Source of the DNA: the human T2T-CHM13v2.0 reference genome, Homo sapiens
DNA length: 64,000 nucleotides
Direction: 5' to 3' (one strand)
Assembly (NCBI RefSeq): GCF_009914755.1
Contig: NC_060929.1
Positions within the stretch are counted from its first letter, which is position 1; each line of letters starts with the position of its first letter. Below the pieces are notes generated by a model. The model ran no database searches, was not told where the DNA came from, and saw only the letters and a program-made list of their open reading frames with translations. This document shows positions 17,080-35,319 of the stretch, piece by piece. Both the position numbers and the translations under genes were made by a program.

Positions 17080-18923
17080 TGACCAAAACTTCACTTTCCC
17101 TGGGCGACCCCAGCATGGCAAGTTCTCTGCGTGAATAAGGCAGTGGTTGTTTAACAGGCGTGCCAGGAGGCTCAGGGAGCAGGAGCTACAGGGACCTGCA
17201 TTGTATTCTAAGCGACATGAGGGCGCCTTGCTGTAGTTTCTTTCCTGGGTCTTATCATGCCTCTCCTAGCTCTCAGTTGCTCTTCAGCTTGCAATCCAAG
17301 ACATGTATTTGTAGTTTAATGAACAAATCATATACTTAAAAAAATGGGTTAGTTTAATCTTAAAAAATCAAAGGCTTTAAAAAAGGGATCACAATGTATG
17401 TTTCTAGCCTCTTGCATTCACCTTTACCTTTCCTCCTCCATCTGCTACAGTCACAAGGAGAGCATCCACTTGACCTGTAGTCAGGGAGCACTGCTAAAGG
17501 TTGTATCTTCACTCAGCTGCAGTCAGCTTGTGACCGCAGATGCGTTATGAAATTAAATGTCCTCCTATTTTAAAGCTTCTACGAGTCATTAAAATTTTTT
17601 TGTTTATGGATATCATCAGGAGTGGTAGGGTGGGAGGAGGATAAGGGAAAGAGAAGAGGATGTTTTCAGCTGAGCAGAGGAAGCAAAGTTTGACATTTAC
17701 AAGACCCGCATGTTATCTCTGGCCTGACCGTCTTGGTTCACATTCTTGTGTGGGTTCAAGTTTCCTGAGCACATGCATATTGACCTTAGTAAGAGGCCAA
17801 CTCTGGATTGCCACGAGTCAGCTAACTCCTGCTGCCAGAAAATGGATTTTTTTTCTTCAGCAAGAAGTGCCTTGTGCAATTTTTCCTAATCAGGTCTGAA
17901 AAATAGTGACCTCTCATTTTGCAAAAACAGTTCACTATTGACAATATTAATAAAAACACGTGAGTTTACATAAATTAAGGGTTTTGGGTCTATTTCTGTG
18001 TGCTTTGACTGCAGTGCCTCCTAGTGGACACTTTTATGCTATACAAGTTTCTCATGGTTGATTAGTACTCACAGAAATGTTAAGAATGCATTTGAACAAA
18101 CTCATTGTTTTCTACAGTAGGTTCCTCTTTTGTTTCTTGTTAGGTTTTAATTTTTCCCCAGCTAAGGTTCACTTCAATACATGACCAAATTGTGTCTATG
18201 TACAATCCTCTGATTGTTCAGAGGAAATTTTCTACACCCCCCTTTTCCTCATCTTAGGAGAGAATTTAAAGAGAATAAAATGCGCGCATGAGTAAGTTGC
18301 CATAAGAGCTTTTAAACTGTGGTTGGTAACATGATATATGTATCTGGAAAACTAGAATGCTAAAAATACCGCAATAATGAGGCTTTAAAACTAAGATGAT
18401 TATGACTTAAACATTTAAAAGCAGGGTAGGAATATGAACTCATTCAGCAAGAGTTTGACATCTATTCCATTCTAGAGGGCTTGTGGCAAGTATGTGGGGA
18501 GGAATGGCCAATCCCCAGATAAAGGCCACCTGCTTGTTGCTTTCCTGCCTGTGACTTTATCCCCAGATGATTCAGAGAAGATAGGCTCTCCAGCCGCCCG
18601 CATGTTCCCTCTCACTGTGGATGTAATTGGGGTTCAGGTGAAAGTCCTCACCTCACTTCCTGGTGTTGTAGCTTCAGGAGTCTGCAGGGTGGCAAAGTCA
18701 AGTGATTCGAGCCAGGATTGTCTTACGTGGGGCCCAGCTTTGGAGGTTCTGAAAGCTCCTTGAAAGTGACTGTAAAGCTATGACAGAGATTCCCAGACTT
18801 CGAGATTTTACAAAGAAGCCAAGGAATAAAGAAAGCTTTTAATGGGGGATTAAAGAAAGATGCCCAATTTAAAAAACAACAAACTTTTTTCCCTGTAATA
18901 GCGTTAAAAATAAACTACTAACG

Positions 18924-19246
<323 letters not shown>

Positions 19247-20418
19247 CTACCATCACCTACCATCACTGGTTCATAAAAGAAAGAATGCTTTAACACAAAA
19301 GACAAGACATAATTTTAAAAGCAAGGACATTTCTTCCCAGGAGAAAATATTTTATGTAAAAGGTATAATGTGAATATGCATGTATATACACATACACACA
19401 CACATCTGTCCTTACTTTTCTTTCATTTCACCACGAAGCAAAGAATAGTTTCTTGTGAACTGGCAGTTGTCTGTGGACTGGCATTTGGGGACTGATATGA
19501 GAACTTTGTCCCTGAACTTTGACGTTCTCTGGTGTGACTTGGAGAGTGCCTCCACTAAGTTATTTCTTTGAAATCAGGACTCAGGACTACATTGTTGCTT
19601 TAGGAGAGCTTTTGCCCTCTTGAGTTACAGAACTCGTTCCCTGCTGGCCTCGGTTTGTGGTAGAGAACACGTGAGAAGGTCAGAGCTGAGAGGCTCTTGG
19701 GAACCACAGGACCCAAGGGGTCTGCTGGTTAATCCTCCTAATTTTGTGCAGAACAGTACATGATTATTCCAGACAGATGGGAATGTGCCCGTATGTTCAG
19801 AACCTCAGAGGAAGGATTCCAAAGCCTCCCTAGACATTGCATTCTAATGCTCAGGAATGCTCACTCTCACAGAGGAAATTTATAGACCCTTAGATAGCCA
19901 TTTAGAGCCAGAACGGGTCTAACATGACTTGGTTTGAATTTCCTTATATTACAAAGTTGATAATCAGCCTTGATGACACAAAGGACATGCAGGGGTTCAC
20001 TCAAGTTGTTTCTGGAGAGACCGACACTACTCTATCTGACCCACGCAGCCTAACACTGCAGCCTTACACAGGGAACCTAACACTGCAGCCTCGCACAGGG
20101 ATGCACATCTCAGATGATGGGCGGGCCGGGTTCAGGTCTCCTGATGTAAATCACACTTAACCCACTCCCTGAGATGATACAGTGATTCATCTCGCACCTA
20201 ATCCCACTCCCTTGAAATACAGGGATGCATAATTTCCCACCTAACCCCACCCCCTGAGATGCAGTGCTAACGGGTGAATATCCCCCCTGCCCCACATTTG
20301 AGCTGAGGAAAAGTCAACATTTCCTTTCCTGAGCGCCTTCACCTGATGGGCTTGGATCCGTTATTTTATTTTCCAAGCTTTCTTTTAATCATGCTTGAAC
20401 TTTTAATCCTTTATTTAA

Positions 20419-20737
<319 letters not shown>

Positions 20738-21021
20738 TAAGGCCTTATCTTAATATTTAATTGTTTGATGTTTTTTCAAGCATAATTCCATTTTCATGTG
20801 TCATTCCAAATATGTACAATATTCTAATGCCCAGTTGATACTGAGCATTTACACAATACATGCATTATCTTACTCTGTGTGTTAAAAGTCTACACATCAC
20901 ATCGTCTTACTTGTATGTATTTGCTGTGTACCTTTCAATTTGCTGTGTTTTGTCTTCTAACCTTTGAATTGTTTTATATCTGGGCTATTTAACTTAGTTT
21001 GTTGGTTTTGGATAATGTCTT

Positions 21022-21481
21022 TATAGTGGGTTAAGTGACACCCTCTCAAAAGATACGTCCAGATCCTAACCCCTGGAACATATGGATGGTACCTTATTTG
21101 GAAGAAGGCTCTTTGCAGATATAATTAAGGATCTTGAGATGAGGAAATCACCATGGGTTATCCTGGCGGGCCCTAAATCCAATGACAAGTGTCTTTATGG
21201 GAGACACGCATAGGAGAGACAAGCCAAGGAGAGGGTGATATGAAGACACGGCAGAGATTGGAGCAATGTGGCCACCACAAGCCAACGAATGCTGACAACC
21301 GCTGGAAATGCTGGCAGCTACCAGAAGCTAGAAGAGGCAAGAGATGGATCCTGCCCTAGAGCCTCTAGAGGCAGTGCAGCCTGCCAACACCTTGATTTTG
21401 GACGCCAGAAGAGTACATTTCTGTTATTTTAAGCCATCAAGCTTGTATTACTTGGTTATGGGAGCCACAGAAAACTAATAT
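21022..21481 (+). mobile_element. MLT1C-type solo LTR
   Basis: cctaacccctggaac..ctttgcagat..ccctaaatccaatgac..ccagaagctagaagaggcaag..gccaacaccttgatttt..aaactaata. Confidence 0.85.
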
Positions 21482-21709
21482 GCTAAGTCTCCAACATGCC
21501 AGGGCTGTGTTCAATACATTTCCTGTAAGGTGCTAGTCAGTCATTCCCTTATTTAATAGCTTCTTCTCTGCCTTTGGGGTCACAGATCTTGGTCATTTTG
21601 CATATTCTATTCATTACATTTTATATGGCCAACTTATGGGCAACTTATGGGCTATGTTGGAGACTTCTGTCTCTTTACCAATCAACAAAAAAAAAATTGG
21701 TTTCTTTCT

Positions 21710-21710
<1 letters not shown>

Positions 21711-21743
<33 letters not shown>

Positions 21744-22021
21744 AGATGGAGTCTTGCTCTGCCGCCCAGGCTGGAGTGCAGTGGCATGATCTCGGCTCAC
21801 TGCAACTTCCTCCTCCCAGGTTCAAGCAATTCTCTGCCTCAGCCTCCCAAGTAGCTGGGATTACAGGCATCCACCACCACGCCTGGCTAATTTTTGTATT
21901 TTTAGTAGAGGTGGGGTTTCATCATGTTGGCCAGGCTGGTCTTGAACTCTTGACCTCGTGATCCACCCAACTTGGCCTCCCAAAGTGCTGGGATTACAGG
22001 CATGAGCCACGGCGCCTGGCC
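21711..22021 (-). mobile_element. AluS
   Basis: Alu consensus with long poly-T. Confidence 0.95.
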
Positions 22022-22149
22022 TAAGAAATTGGTTTATTTCTAATTGATACATTTTGAAGCAAAAGCCTAGAAAACTTATGGAATTGAAGAGTTTGACATC
22101 TCAGAAGGAAATGTGAGTCACGTGAGGGTGTTTTTGAGCATTTACACTC

Positions 22150-22400
22150 ATTGTACTGTTGTCACAATTAGTGTGTGGTTGGGAGCTGGGCTTGCTGGGT
22201 GGGAATCCAGCTTTATCAATTGGCTGTGAGCAAGTTATTTATTTTCTCTGCCTTGATTTCCATATTTGTGAAATGGGTACAATATAATTGTACCAAATTG
22301 CAGGGTTATTTGGTGAGGATTAAGTGAAGTGATATATGTAAAGTTTTTAGAATGACACATGGGACATAGTGAACACCATAGAAGTGTTAACTAGTGTTCA
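22150..22400 (+). mobile_element. MIR
   Basis: gagcaagttattt..tttccatatttgtgaaatggg..gtgaggattaagtga. Confidence 0.75.
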
Positions 22401-23235
22401 TGTGTTTATACTTAAACATCTAATTAGTGTAAAAGCTCCTTAAAAATGGAAGCGTCTGAACTTTTACAACTTTAAATTATTTCTTTAGGCTAAAAGAATT
22501 AAGAAAGTGCTCCTAGGTACATAATCCTTGGTAACCTTGAAAATAGGGTTTTAAGTAGAATTATATATACTTGGATGAGTAAGATGACCTGCCCATAAAG
22601 CCGGTATTAACTATGCTTTATGTTGTTGATAGCTATAGTTAGCAGGCAGTATGACAAATGCCCTCCCTTATTAAACCAGCTACCCTGTCTCATTCCTTAA
22701 TCCTTTGCAGTATTTCTCAAATCTATTCCATCATTTCAATTCAAAGGTGAATTGATTAATCTCATTTAGTGCATTATTACTTCATTCTAGCACTATTGTA
22801 AATCTTCGTGGAACCCATCCCCATATAACTATTTTCCCTTCAGCAGAATTTTGAGCAGAGCGTTCTGTTGTCCCCAAACCTTGTGAAATTCCCCAAGTCT
22901 ACAGCAATGACCTCAAAACTCTTTCGATTCTGCATACATTCAGTGGGAAAAAAAAGTGACATGCCATATAAATAATACACAAATGCTATTATACTAATCA
23001 TACATACTTGATAAAACACATCACAATAGAAAGTTTTGGGAAATGAGTTTAAGCTGAAATGGGAAGTATTTCCAAATATCTCTAGTCATGGCGCTAAGAC
23101 CTATCATCAGCTACCCTTTCAAGGCACATTTTACACCTAGGGTGGGTTTTCTCTTTAATAGCAGTGGATACAAATCTCATTACAATGCATCTTCCTGGTA
23201 ATTTAATTTTTTTTCCAGCATATTGTTAGAGGTGA

Positions 23236-23568
<333 letters not shown>

Positions 23569-24479
23569 TAGGTGAGTCGGCTCTGCAGATTTCCTGTTGC
23601 TTGTCTGTTCTTGCTCTATTAGTACTAATATTAAGTTCAATCTGTAATTTATTTCCAGGAGTCTTTTTAAGCCACTTGTCCATTTTTTGAGGGTTAATTA
23701 AGCTAACACATGAGCCACGTGTACTGCGAAACAGGACAATACATGGGAAGTAAGGGGTGGGAAAGCCTGTTTGTGAGATGGTCAGTGAGTGTATAAACTT
23801 ATCCTCGCTCCCGTCACGCACACCACCTTGGGATAGATTCATACACTCACTGACCATCTTACATACAGGCTGAATGAAGATATAATGTCAATTGCTATAA
23901 TTAATGTTGACAAAACAGAAGGCCCAACGTGCTCTTGCTGTCTGTCATTTTGTGCACCTTCAGTGTGGACCTGCATCTCTTTGGGGAATACTCAAAAACT
24001 TTTTAACCTGACTTCTAAGACCTTTTGGAGCCTGGACTCCATCGACCCTTCCTGGTTGGATGGTTGAACAGCTCCTGTAGGACCCAAATTGGACAAAAGC
24101 AATTAGCAATTCAGTCCAAACGGATTGCTCACTGTCCTCCTTCTCAGCATGTCTTGTGTTTGCGTCTAAGAATTCTTTGGCCTGACTTTGCCTTGTGTAA
24201 GTAAAGTTCCGCCTTCCCAAGGAAACCCAGGGCAGATCTTCCCACTCCACAGAGTCTTCCCCTGTAACCTCAAGGCAGCAACGAGCTCTTCTCTCTCTGA
24301 CTCTGGAATTATTTTTTTTGGCAATTAGTCAAACTGCCTGGTGAATTGTGTTCTTTTTTTGTCCTTAAAAGTTAAACTTGTATTATTCTTATTCTCTTTT
24401 TACATGCTGGTGTCGTATCTTCCCAGCTAGACTGGTAATTCCTTGATGATGAACTATGTTTTCTATTTCTTTTTTAAAA

Positions 24480-26200
24480 AATTAACTTAAAAAATCAAGG
24501 TAATATGTATATGTAATTTAAAACGTTATCAGTACAAAAGAGCTTATAATGGAAAACACCATTCCCTACTCATTCCTTCCCATCTTTCTTTTTGCTTTCC
24601 TTAGGGGTATGGCCTTCCAATACTTAGTTGGTTTTCCTGGCAAGTTCCTCTATATTTTACTGCTCTTTTTCTAATTTTTGATTTGTCACATGTAGACATT
24701 GTTTACTGAATTTCTGTTATGCGATATAAGCATAGGGTGTTCTGATAGCTCTTCCTCTCATCTCCCCTTCCCTGCTTTTTCAGCCTTGCATTTTCCCAAT
24801 ATGTTGTAATTTGTTGTTAAATTACTAGTCAGGATTTACATTGTTATGACTATATAAATACGGTTTACCACTGAGCCAAGTAAGGTATATGAACTGATTC
24901 CTTTTTACAAACTTTTGTTTTTCCTGAAGTTGCCACCTTTTCTTATGTGTTATGTTGTCTCTGAAAGTGTAATTACTTCTTATTTCCAAGTGTCTTATCA
25001 GTATTAGTTTCCAAATTCTCAAATGCATCATAATCTTTTGGTTTAATTGATCTGACCTGGACCAGCTCTTGTCTGGATTGGCTGTGCTGTTGTTATGCTG
25101 GGACTTCCTTCTGATGCTCCCTTGTGTTGGACACCCTCCTTTTTGATTCTATGTCTCTCTTCTCCTTGGCTTTGACCCTCATTCTGACAGTCTTTAAAAG
25201 TCTGAATATGTCTATTCTATCCTTTCTTTGGATGGATAGATTGGTTGGGTATAAAATACTAGACTGGCCAGGTGCAATGGCTTATCCCTGTAATCCTAGC
25301 ACTTTGGGAGACTGAAGTGTGCAGATTGTTTGAGTGTAAGAGTTTGAGACCAGCATGGGCAACATAGCAAAACCCCATCTCTACAAAAAGTACAAAATAT
25401 TATCCAGGCATGGTGGTATGCTATGGTCCCAGCTACTCAGGAGGCTGAGGGGGGAGGATCATCTAAGCCTGGGAGAGTCGAGGCTGCAGTGAGCCATGAT
25501 CATGCCACTGCTCTCCAGGCTGGGTGGCAGAGCAAGACCCTGTATCCAAAAAAAAAAAAAAAAAAAAAAAATCTAGATTGAGAGCAATTTTCCTTTAGAA
25601 TTTTGAAAGTCTTTATCTATTTACATCTAGTATGGCGATTCTGATTCCTGATTCCATTTGTTTGTTTCCTCTCTGGAAGTCTTCTGTATCTTTTCTTTAT
25701 CTCCAGGGTCCTGAGATTTCAAGATGGTGTGCTTTCTTATGATCTTTTTATCCATTCATTGGGCTTGGCACAGAGTGTGCCTTTTTAATTCAGAGACTTG
25801 TGATCCTCAGTTCTGGGAAAAGTTTGCCACAATCTCTTTGATAATTTCTTCTCTTCTGTTCTTTTTCTGGAATTTCAGAAATGTTGGACCTCTTGTTTTG
25901 AATCTCTGCCTCTTCTTTTCACTCCGGTTTTCTATTTCTTGATATTTCCATTTTCCTTTCTAGCATTTCTTCCATATTGTATTCTAATCCTCTACTGAAA
26001 TTTATATCTTGGTTATCACATTGTTAATTTACAAGGAATTTCTCTTGCTTTCTGAACTTGTTTCATGTTTTCCTGTCCTTATTTTATGAGGATACTTTCT
26101 TCTTTAATAGCTCTGAGGGTATTGATATTATGTATATATATCTCCAGTTCCTGTATCATTTATTTCCTTTGGAGTCCTTCCCGCCAGACTTCTTTAGCTC
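24480..26200 (-). mobile_element. Old L1M fragments containing an AluJ (+, 25266-25571)
   Basis: T-rich antisense-L1 texture (ggttgggtataaaatactaga..tttcctttagaattttgaa, cagttctgggaaa); AluJ TSD ~aaaatactaga. Confidence 0.7.
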
Positions 26201-26220
26201 AGGTTGCAAGTTTTCCTTTC

Positions 26221-26537
<317 letters not shown>

Positions 26538-27939
26538 CTGCAAGTTTTCTTAAATACCTGGCAATCCTTGGCTGTCCTTTTATAATTAAGACTAAAATAC
26601 ATAAAAGCAATTTGCAAGTTTAGGCAGAGCTTGTGAAAAAGTGGGTTTCCCAGTAGGTGCAAAACTCATTTTGGCTAGAGAGCCAGCTGGCCTCTTCATT
26701 AGGGAACCTGGTCTCCAGAGAAGCCTCCAGTATCCTATTGGTGGGTATTTTCCTGGTTACAGACTTCTGGGATCAGATTGTGGAAAATGGAATAGGCACG
26801 CTTGCATCAGTTGGCTGACTAAGGTTAATTTCCCCATTTTCAGGTCTGCGCCTCAATCTCCCTCCTCTGTGCTTATCAGTAACAAACAAATGGACTGGCG
26901 CCACTTGGAGTCAGTTTCTCCAGACGTGTTTCCAGACAAGGGTGGGAATCAGGGAGCTTGGAGGTGCTTGCCTCTTGAATGATTTGGAGGGAACCCCTGC
27001 CTCTAAGTCCTGGGCCTTGGAGGATTTCTGTAGGTGACAGGCTTTCAGACCCTCCAGTGAAAGAATTACAGTGTAAACTGCTTTCTTCTTCACTCAAGGG
27101 CCCAAATGAAGGAATATTGCTGTGAATTATCTGAATGGGTGGAGTCTGTGGTGCTTGATCTGGGTGGAAAGAATCGGTGGGAACTGCAGCTCAGAATCGA
27201 CATCACTCAGGACGTTTTTGTTAACATGCAAATATTCAAAACTGTATGAAAAGCACTAAGTTGACATCAATTTGAAAGTACATTTGCATTCTTTGGGACC
27301 TTAGAATGCATCTGCATTTTTGACATTCAGCTACGTCAAGGAGATATCAAAATAATTCTAATTTGGCACCAAATAGGCCTGGCTCTTTTACCCTTCCCTA
27401 GCACAGATAGGGGTGTGTGCATTTGCCTTTCCTAGGTGCCAAGAACTCATTATCATAAGTGGAAGAAGATAATCATTCAATATAATTGAATCAAAATTTA
27501 AGAGTATCTTAGGTTGAGTGATTTCTTCTTATTGGTTGTTTTGAGCAGTCAAAGAAATGTGTGCCTTCTGAACTATAAAAGGCCACGAAGGCAGAGTTGC
27601 AGTGCCAGGGAAATTACTGCTAGTGGCCCGAGACATATTCTGGAGCACATGCGTCCCATGAATTGGCACTTTGTCCTCTGCACTTCTGACTGCTTTCCAT
27701 GGAGAGGATATCGTAACCTCTTTATTGGACTCTAAATCTCATTTTAAACCTCTGAATTATGCCAACACTTTGTAAGGGAAATTAGATAGTTTTACATGGG
27801 CTTTTATCCTCAATATGGCAGATAAATTGAATGAATAGTGATCAAGGATATTAATAATATGTATTCGTTGCTTAAGATATACCACACATGGGGCTAAGGA
27901 TTTTACAGATATGAGCTCACTTATTCTCACAGCCACCAT

Positions 27940-28360
27940 ATATTGTATCAGTTAACTTGGACTAAGTAATGCCTCAGTTAAAAAATAGTCCCCAGATCTC
28001 AGAGGCTCATAGCCATTCATGTTTACTTCTTGCCCACATGCTGTGTCCGTCATGGGGCTGTGTCATGGAAGCAAGTGCAGTACGTGGGTGGAGATTGGCA
28101 AAAGGAAAGGAGTGATGGCAAGCCAGGAGCTAGTTCTTGAACTTCTGTTCAGACGTGAAACACATCACATCTCCCCGCAATTCAATGGCCAAAGCAAGTC
28201 ACAGGGTCCCTCCTGACCTCAATGGGCCAGGGAGGTTTTATCCTACTACTTGGAAGGGCATCTCAAATCCCATGGCCACGTGCGACATCAGTGGATGGGG
28301 AAAGCACAGTCCTCCACCAGGGAGGGGCAACAAATGTTTTGGGTAATACAACCCCCCACA
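27940..28360 (-). mobile_element. MLT1-type LTR inserted in a MIR
   Basis: tgtatcagtta..cagatctcagaggct..catcacatctcc..ggccaaagcaagtcacagg; MIR pieces on both sides. Confidence 0.65.
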
Positions 28361-28491
28361 GATAGATACTGCTATTCTCCCACTCTACTGGTGAGGAAAA
28401 TGAAGCAGGGTAAGGATGGCGTCCAATTCTCAAACTCTATAAAGGAAGCAATTGATTTGAACACCTAAAAGACTATATAGATTTTATCTAA

Positions 28492-28890
<399 letters not shown>

Positions 28891-29034
28891 TATATGCCAA
28901 TTTTAAAAAAAGAACAAAAATTAATTTTCACCTGAATTTTCAATACCCCAGGGTGTAGTTAGGGGAAAAAAATATTAAGAAATTCTCTATAAGGAAAAAC
29001 ACCAAGAGATTTCTTTTCAAAAGAGCCAATCTAA

Positions 29035-29367
29035 GGCTAGGTGCGGTGGCTCACGCCTGTAATCCCAGCACTTTGGGAGGCTGAGGCTGGCGGATTGGTT
29101 GAGGTCAGGAGACCTGCCTGGACAACATGGTGAAACTCTGTCTCTACCAAAAATTACAAAAGTTAGCCAGGCGTGGTGGCGCATGCCTGTAGTCTCAGCT
29201 ACTCAGGAGGCTGAGGCAGGAGAGTCACTTGAACCCCGGGAGGCGGAGGTTGCAGTGAGCCGAGATCGCACCACTGCACTCCAGCCTGGCAACAGAGTGA
29301 GACCGTGTCTAAAAAAACAAAAACAAAACAAAACAAAACAAAAAACAAAAAAGAGCAAAACAAAAAC
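29035..29367 (+). mobile_element. AluS with (AAAAC)n tail
   Basis: Alu consensus. Confidence 0.95.
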
Positions 29368-29586
29368 AGCCAATGGAATCTTATCTGACTTATACAAATG
29401 AAATTCAGATTCTAAAATCAAGAGTCCAGACACCTTAGGTGATCTCAGAGAAGATCCTGTTTCATATGGGGGATTCTCTAGTGTTTTACATTTCTCATGT
29501 GACTTTGAAATTTGCCAAATGTAAGAAATAGCTGAGAGGCAGTAAGTATTGTTATTTTCAGGGGAAATCATTTCTACGAGAAAATA

Positions 29587-30512
<926 letters not shown>

Positions 30513-30803
30513 GGCCGGGCGCGGTGGCTCACACCTGTAATCCCAGGACTTTAGGAGGCCAAGGCGGGTGGATCACAAGGTCAAGAGATCAAGACCATCC
30601 TGGCCAACTTGGTGAAACCCCGTCTCTACTGAAAATACAAAAATTAGCTGGGCGTGGTGGCACGTGCCTGTAGTCCCAGATACTCGGGAGGCTGAGGCAG
30701 GAGAATCGCTTGAACCCAGGAGGCAGAGGTTTCAGTGAGCCGAGATTGCGCCACTTCAGTCCAGCCTGGCGGCAGAGCGAGATTCCATCTAGAAAAAAAA
30801 AAA
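30513..30803 (+). mobile_element. AluS (Sc-like) abutting the truncated end of the pseudogene
   Basis: Full dimer with no matching TSD. Confidence 0.95.
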
Positions 30804-30949
30804 TTCACTTAAAAGTCATACTGGGCTTATTACTTATTACACAGTAGAAATTAGCCAAGTAAGCGATACTGTTTTTTTTTGAACAAGCCTGCCACCTTGT
30901 GGTTATTTGGAAAACCAGACTGGCAAAACCAGGGCTCTGCAGTGCCTTT

Positions 30950-31960
30950 GCTTCCACACATACTTATTGAGTGTCTAATGTCACAGTCACCACGCTCTGT
31001 TCTAGGCTCTGAGCTTACAGCAGTGAATGAAATGGACTAGGAGCCACACTATTCTGGAGTTTATGTCTCATAGCATAAGAACATGTGTATCTAAGTTAGT
31101 ATTTGGAAACGTATCCCACCTTCATCAGCCTCTTAACCTAATAGCCTACCTACATGGGAGCCCCTCTTCCCTATCATTCTTCATTCTGTAGGTAGGCAAA
31201 ATACCCCTGTTCCTATAAAGCCCATCCCTTTCCTGTTTCTATTCCCTGCACCCAAACACACCTTGCCTTTTCAAGGACTCAAGGACTCAAGGACTTTGCA
31301 TCTGTATCTGGCTCCTCTTCCTCCAACATTCAGCTCCCTGGCCCTTGTATACCTATCAGCATATACACACGCTCTCAAAAGCCTTCATTACAAAACCTTT
31401 TCCTTAATCCAAAATTCTCTCTAGCTAATGCTGCATTTCTCTGCTTCCTGTCACAATCAATAAAACTTCTGGAAAGTTTCGTCTGTGTTCACTGTCTCCA
31501 TTCCCCTCCACTCACCTTAGCCCAGGGCATCTGTTACCACCACTCCCCTGGAACCTGTCCAGCCAGCGCCACACACCACTCCCATCCCCAAAGCGCCCCT
31601 GGGTCCTCACCCCACTCTATCTCTCAGCACTGAACACAGCAGACTGCTGCCCTTGCCTCCTTCCAGCAAGCCTTTGTGGCTCTCAACTAGCGGCACCCTG
31701 TACCCACTACCATCCTCTCCTCATGATCGCAGGGCTGGCTCTCATGGCTCAGCTCTCCTCCTCCTACACACCTTCCACAAGCGTTCATTAGAAAGCGGCC
31801 CCTCCTGAGAGGAAGCACTATCTGGAGTGACCTTATTCTTTTTACCTCTTATGCCTGCAAGCCTTGCGTCTGCCCTGTTTGTTGCTGAATTCCCAGCACT
31901 CAGGAATCGTTTCCAGTGTTTAGTAGGTGACTCAAATTATGTTTAGTTTGCATATGTTTA
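30950..31960. mobile_element. L2 fragments
   Basis: acttattgagtg..ctaggctctgag..cagtgaatga; gtctgccctgtttgttgctgaattcccagcac..agtaggtgactcaa. Confidence 0.6.
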
Positions 31961-32391
31961 AAATTCATGTTGCCATAGTGGCCACCCCATCCCCTCCTGG
32001 TGTAGGGGCAATCTGGTATTGCAAAAACAGAAGCAGAAAGGCGTTGAACTGACTGGAGCAGCATCTTTGGCACTGAGAAGATCCTTTAACCTCAATATGT
32101 CTTAGATTTTCAATTTATAACATGAAGAAATTGGACTACAGTGCAGATGACAATGACATATCAGCTTTGGGGTGAGATCAGATTAACTGGCAGTAGAATC
32201 TGGGGCATAGTATTACGAAAAACTTTTTAGCCACAGAAAGAATGCTTTGATTGATTGATATTGATTGGTTATCAATACCTACCCCGAATGTGGGAGGGGA
32301 CTTGGCTGTGTATTTTTGGACATGGTTTCTTTCAGTTCTAAATTTTAAAGAGTGTTTTAAAAAGCTTTTCAAAACATTGTTGTTTCAACTG

Positions 32392-32697
32392 AATTTAATT
32401 TAATTTAATTTTTTTTGAGATGGAATCTCGCTCTGTCACCCAGGCTTCAGTGCAGTGGTGCGATCTCTGCTCACTGCAACTTCTGCCCCTGGATTCCAGT
32501 GATTCTCCTGCCTCAGCCTCTCAAGTAGCTGGGACTACAGGTATGCACTACCACGCCTGGCTAATTTTTGTATTTTTAGTACAGACAGGGTATCACCATG
32601 TTGATCAGGCTGGTCTCGATCTCCTGACCTCAGGTGATCTGCCCGCCTCGGTCTCCCAAAGTGCTGAGATTACAGGCATGAGCCACTGTGCCCAGCC
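32392..32697 (-). mobile_element. AluS
   Basis: Alu consensus; TSD ~tcaactgaattt / tcagttgaattt. Confidence 0.95.
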
Positions 32698-33522
32698 TCA
32701 GTTGAATTTTAGAATTGAACTAGACAAACTTTTGAAGGGTTCTCAACATGTAGTGATATAATAAAAATGAAATTCAGACTCAGAATTATTAAACTGCAGT
32801 CTTCAGGAATTAATCTAAGATAACTGAAAATACATCTGCATCTATTCATTTAGCCAGGATTCATCTGCTATCCTATATCATGAGGTAAAAGTATTATATT
32901 GTAGAATGTTAAAAAATGTCCCATTCAGAAAAATGTCGTGCACTAAACCTGGCATTTATTCTGCTTCCTATTTCATTTCCTTTTATCTCTATGCCTTTTA
33001 GTTGACTGACATTACTTGCTTTCTTCCCCCCATTTTGCTTCTCTACAAGGAGATAATTCCAGATTACATTGGCAGATATTTCAAGCTATATTTCAATTAC
33101 TAGGATATTGTGAAATTCATGAGATTAAAATAAAATAAACCTCAGAAGGGAGTATAAGCCTCTCCTAATGGAAATTGGGATTAAATTCAAATGTCATCAC
33201 CTTATGTCATAAATGTTTTGAGTGGATGAAAAAAACAATGAAATGTATTTAAATACATGAAAGAATGTACAGAGTTAACCTTAGTGAAAAGAAAAAATAA
33301 TGATTTGAGAATGTGGAAATATTCACATGAAATTCTGTATATGACATGTTAAAAAATTAGAGAACTCTTTTTTCTCCATTTATTTGTTGCTCCCAGATAA
33401 TTTCCTAAGGTAGATAAGATAATACATATTAAAGCAATTTGAGTTATTTGAAAGGAACCTTCAAACTCACATTATTATAGTTTAGGAGTGATTTTAGCAG
33501 AAGCAAATTATTAATGATACAG

Positions 33523-33748
33523 ATCAGGAATGGGCAAACTGCTTCCCTTGTGTCAAGAGTGACCTGCTAGGTGTTATGTAAATAAAGTTTTATTGGAACA
33601 TAGCCATGTCCATTTGTTGACACATTGTCTGTGGCTGCATCCTGATACAGTGGCAGTGGTGGGTAGTGTCAACAGAAATCTCATGGCTTTCAAAGCAAAA
33701 TATATTCACTATTTGACCCTTTATGAAAAATTTTGCTGACTTCTGCTC
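33523..33748. mobile_element. MER58A
   Basis: gtaaataaagttttattggaacatagccatg..ttgtctgtggctgc..tttgctgac. Confidence 0.8.
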
Positions 33749-33841
33749 TAGATTATCAGCATCTCTATCAGACTCTGTATTTCTGAAGGCATGGACTCTG
33801 TGCTTAAACTTAGTTTTCAACTGTTCTTAAAAAAATATGTT

Positions 33842-35112
<1,271 letters not shown>

Positions 35113-35319
35113 TGCAGGTGTCAGGTCCCTGGTCTTCCGGTTCGGATCTCCTCCCGGTGTTCCCCAGGAGCCACTTAGGGTGCCTCTGTGTGGATCCAGG
35201 GGGTTGCTGGGGAACAACTGCCCTCCTCCTGGCCCAGGTTGCCTCTTCCTTTCTCTGTGCTTCCTGCCTCTTGCGCTTCCCCCCAGCAATTTGCAGGCCC
35301 TTGAACAGGTTTTTTTAAT

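Noticed and set aside
31271-31295. (tcaaggac)x3, plus similar short repeats at ~19234 (cagctaccat x3) and ~48120
   Set aside because: Ordinary slippage micro-duplications; no spacers, not CRISPR-like.
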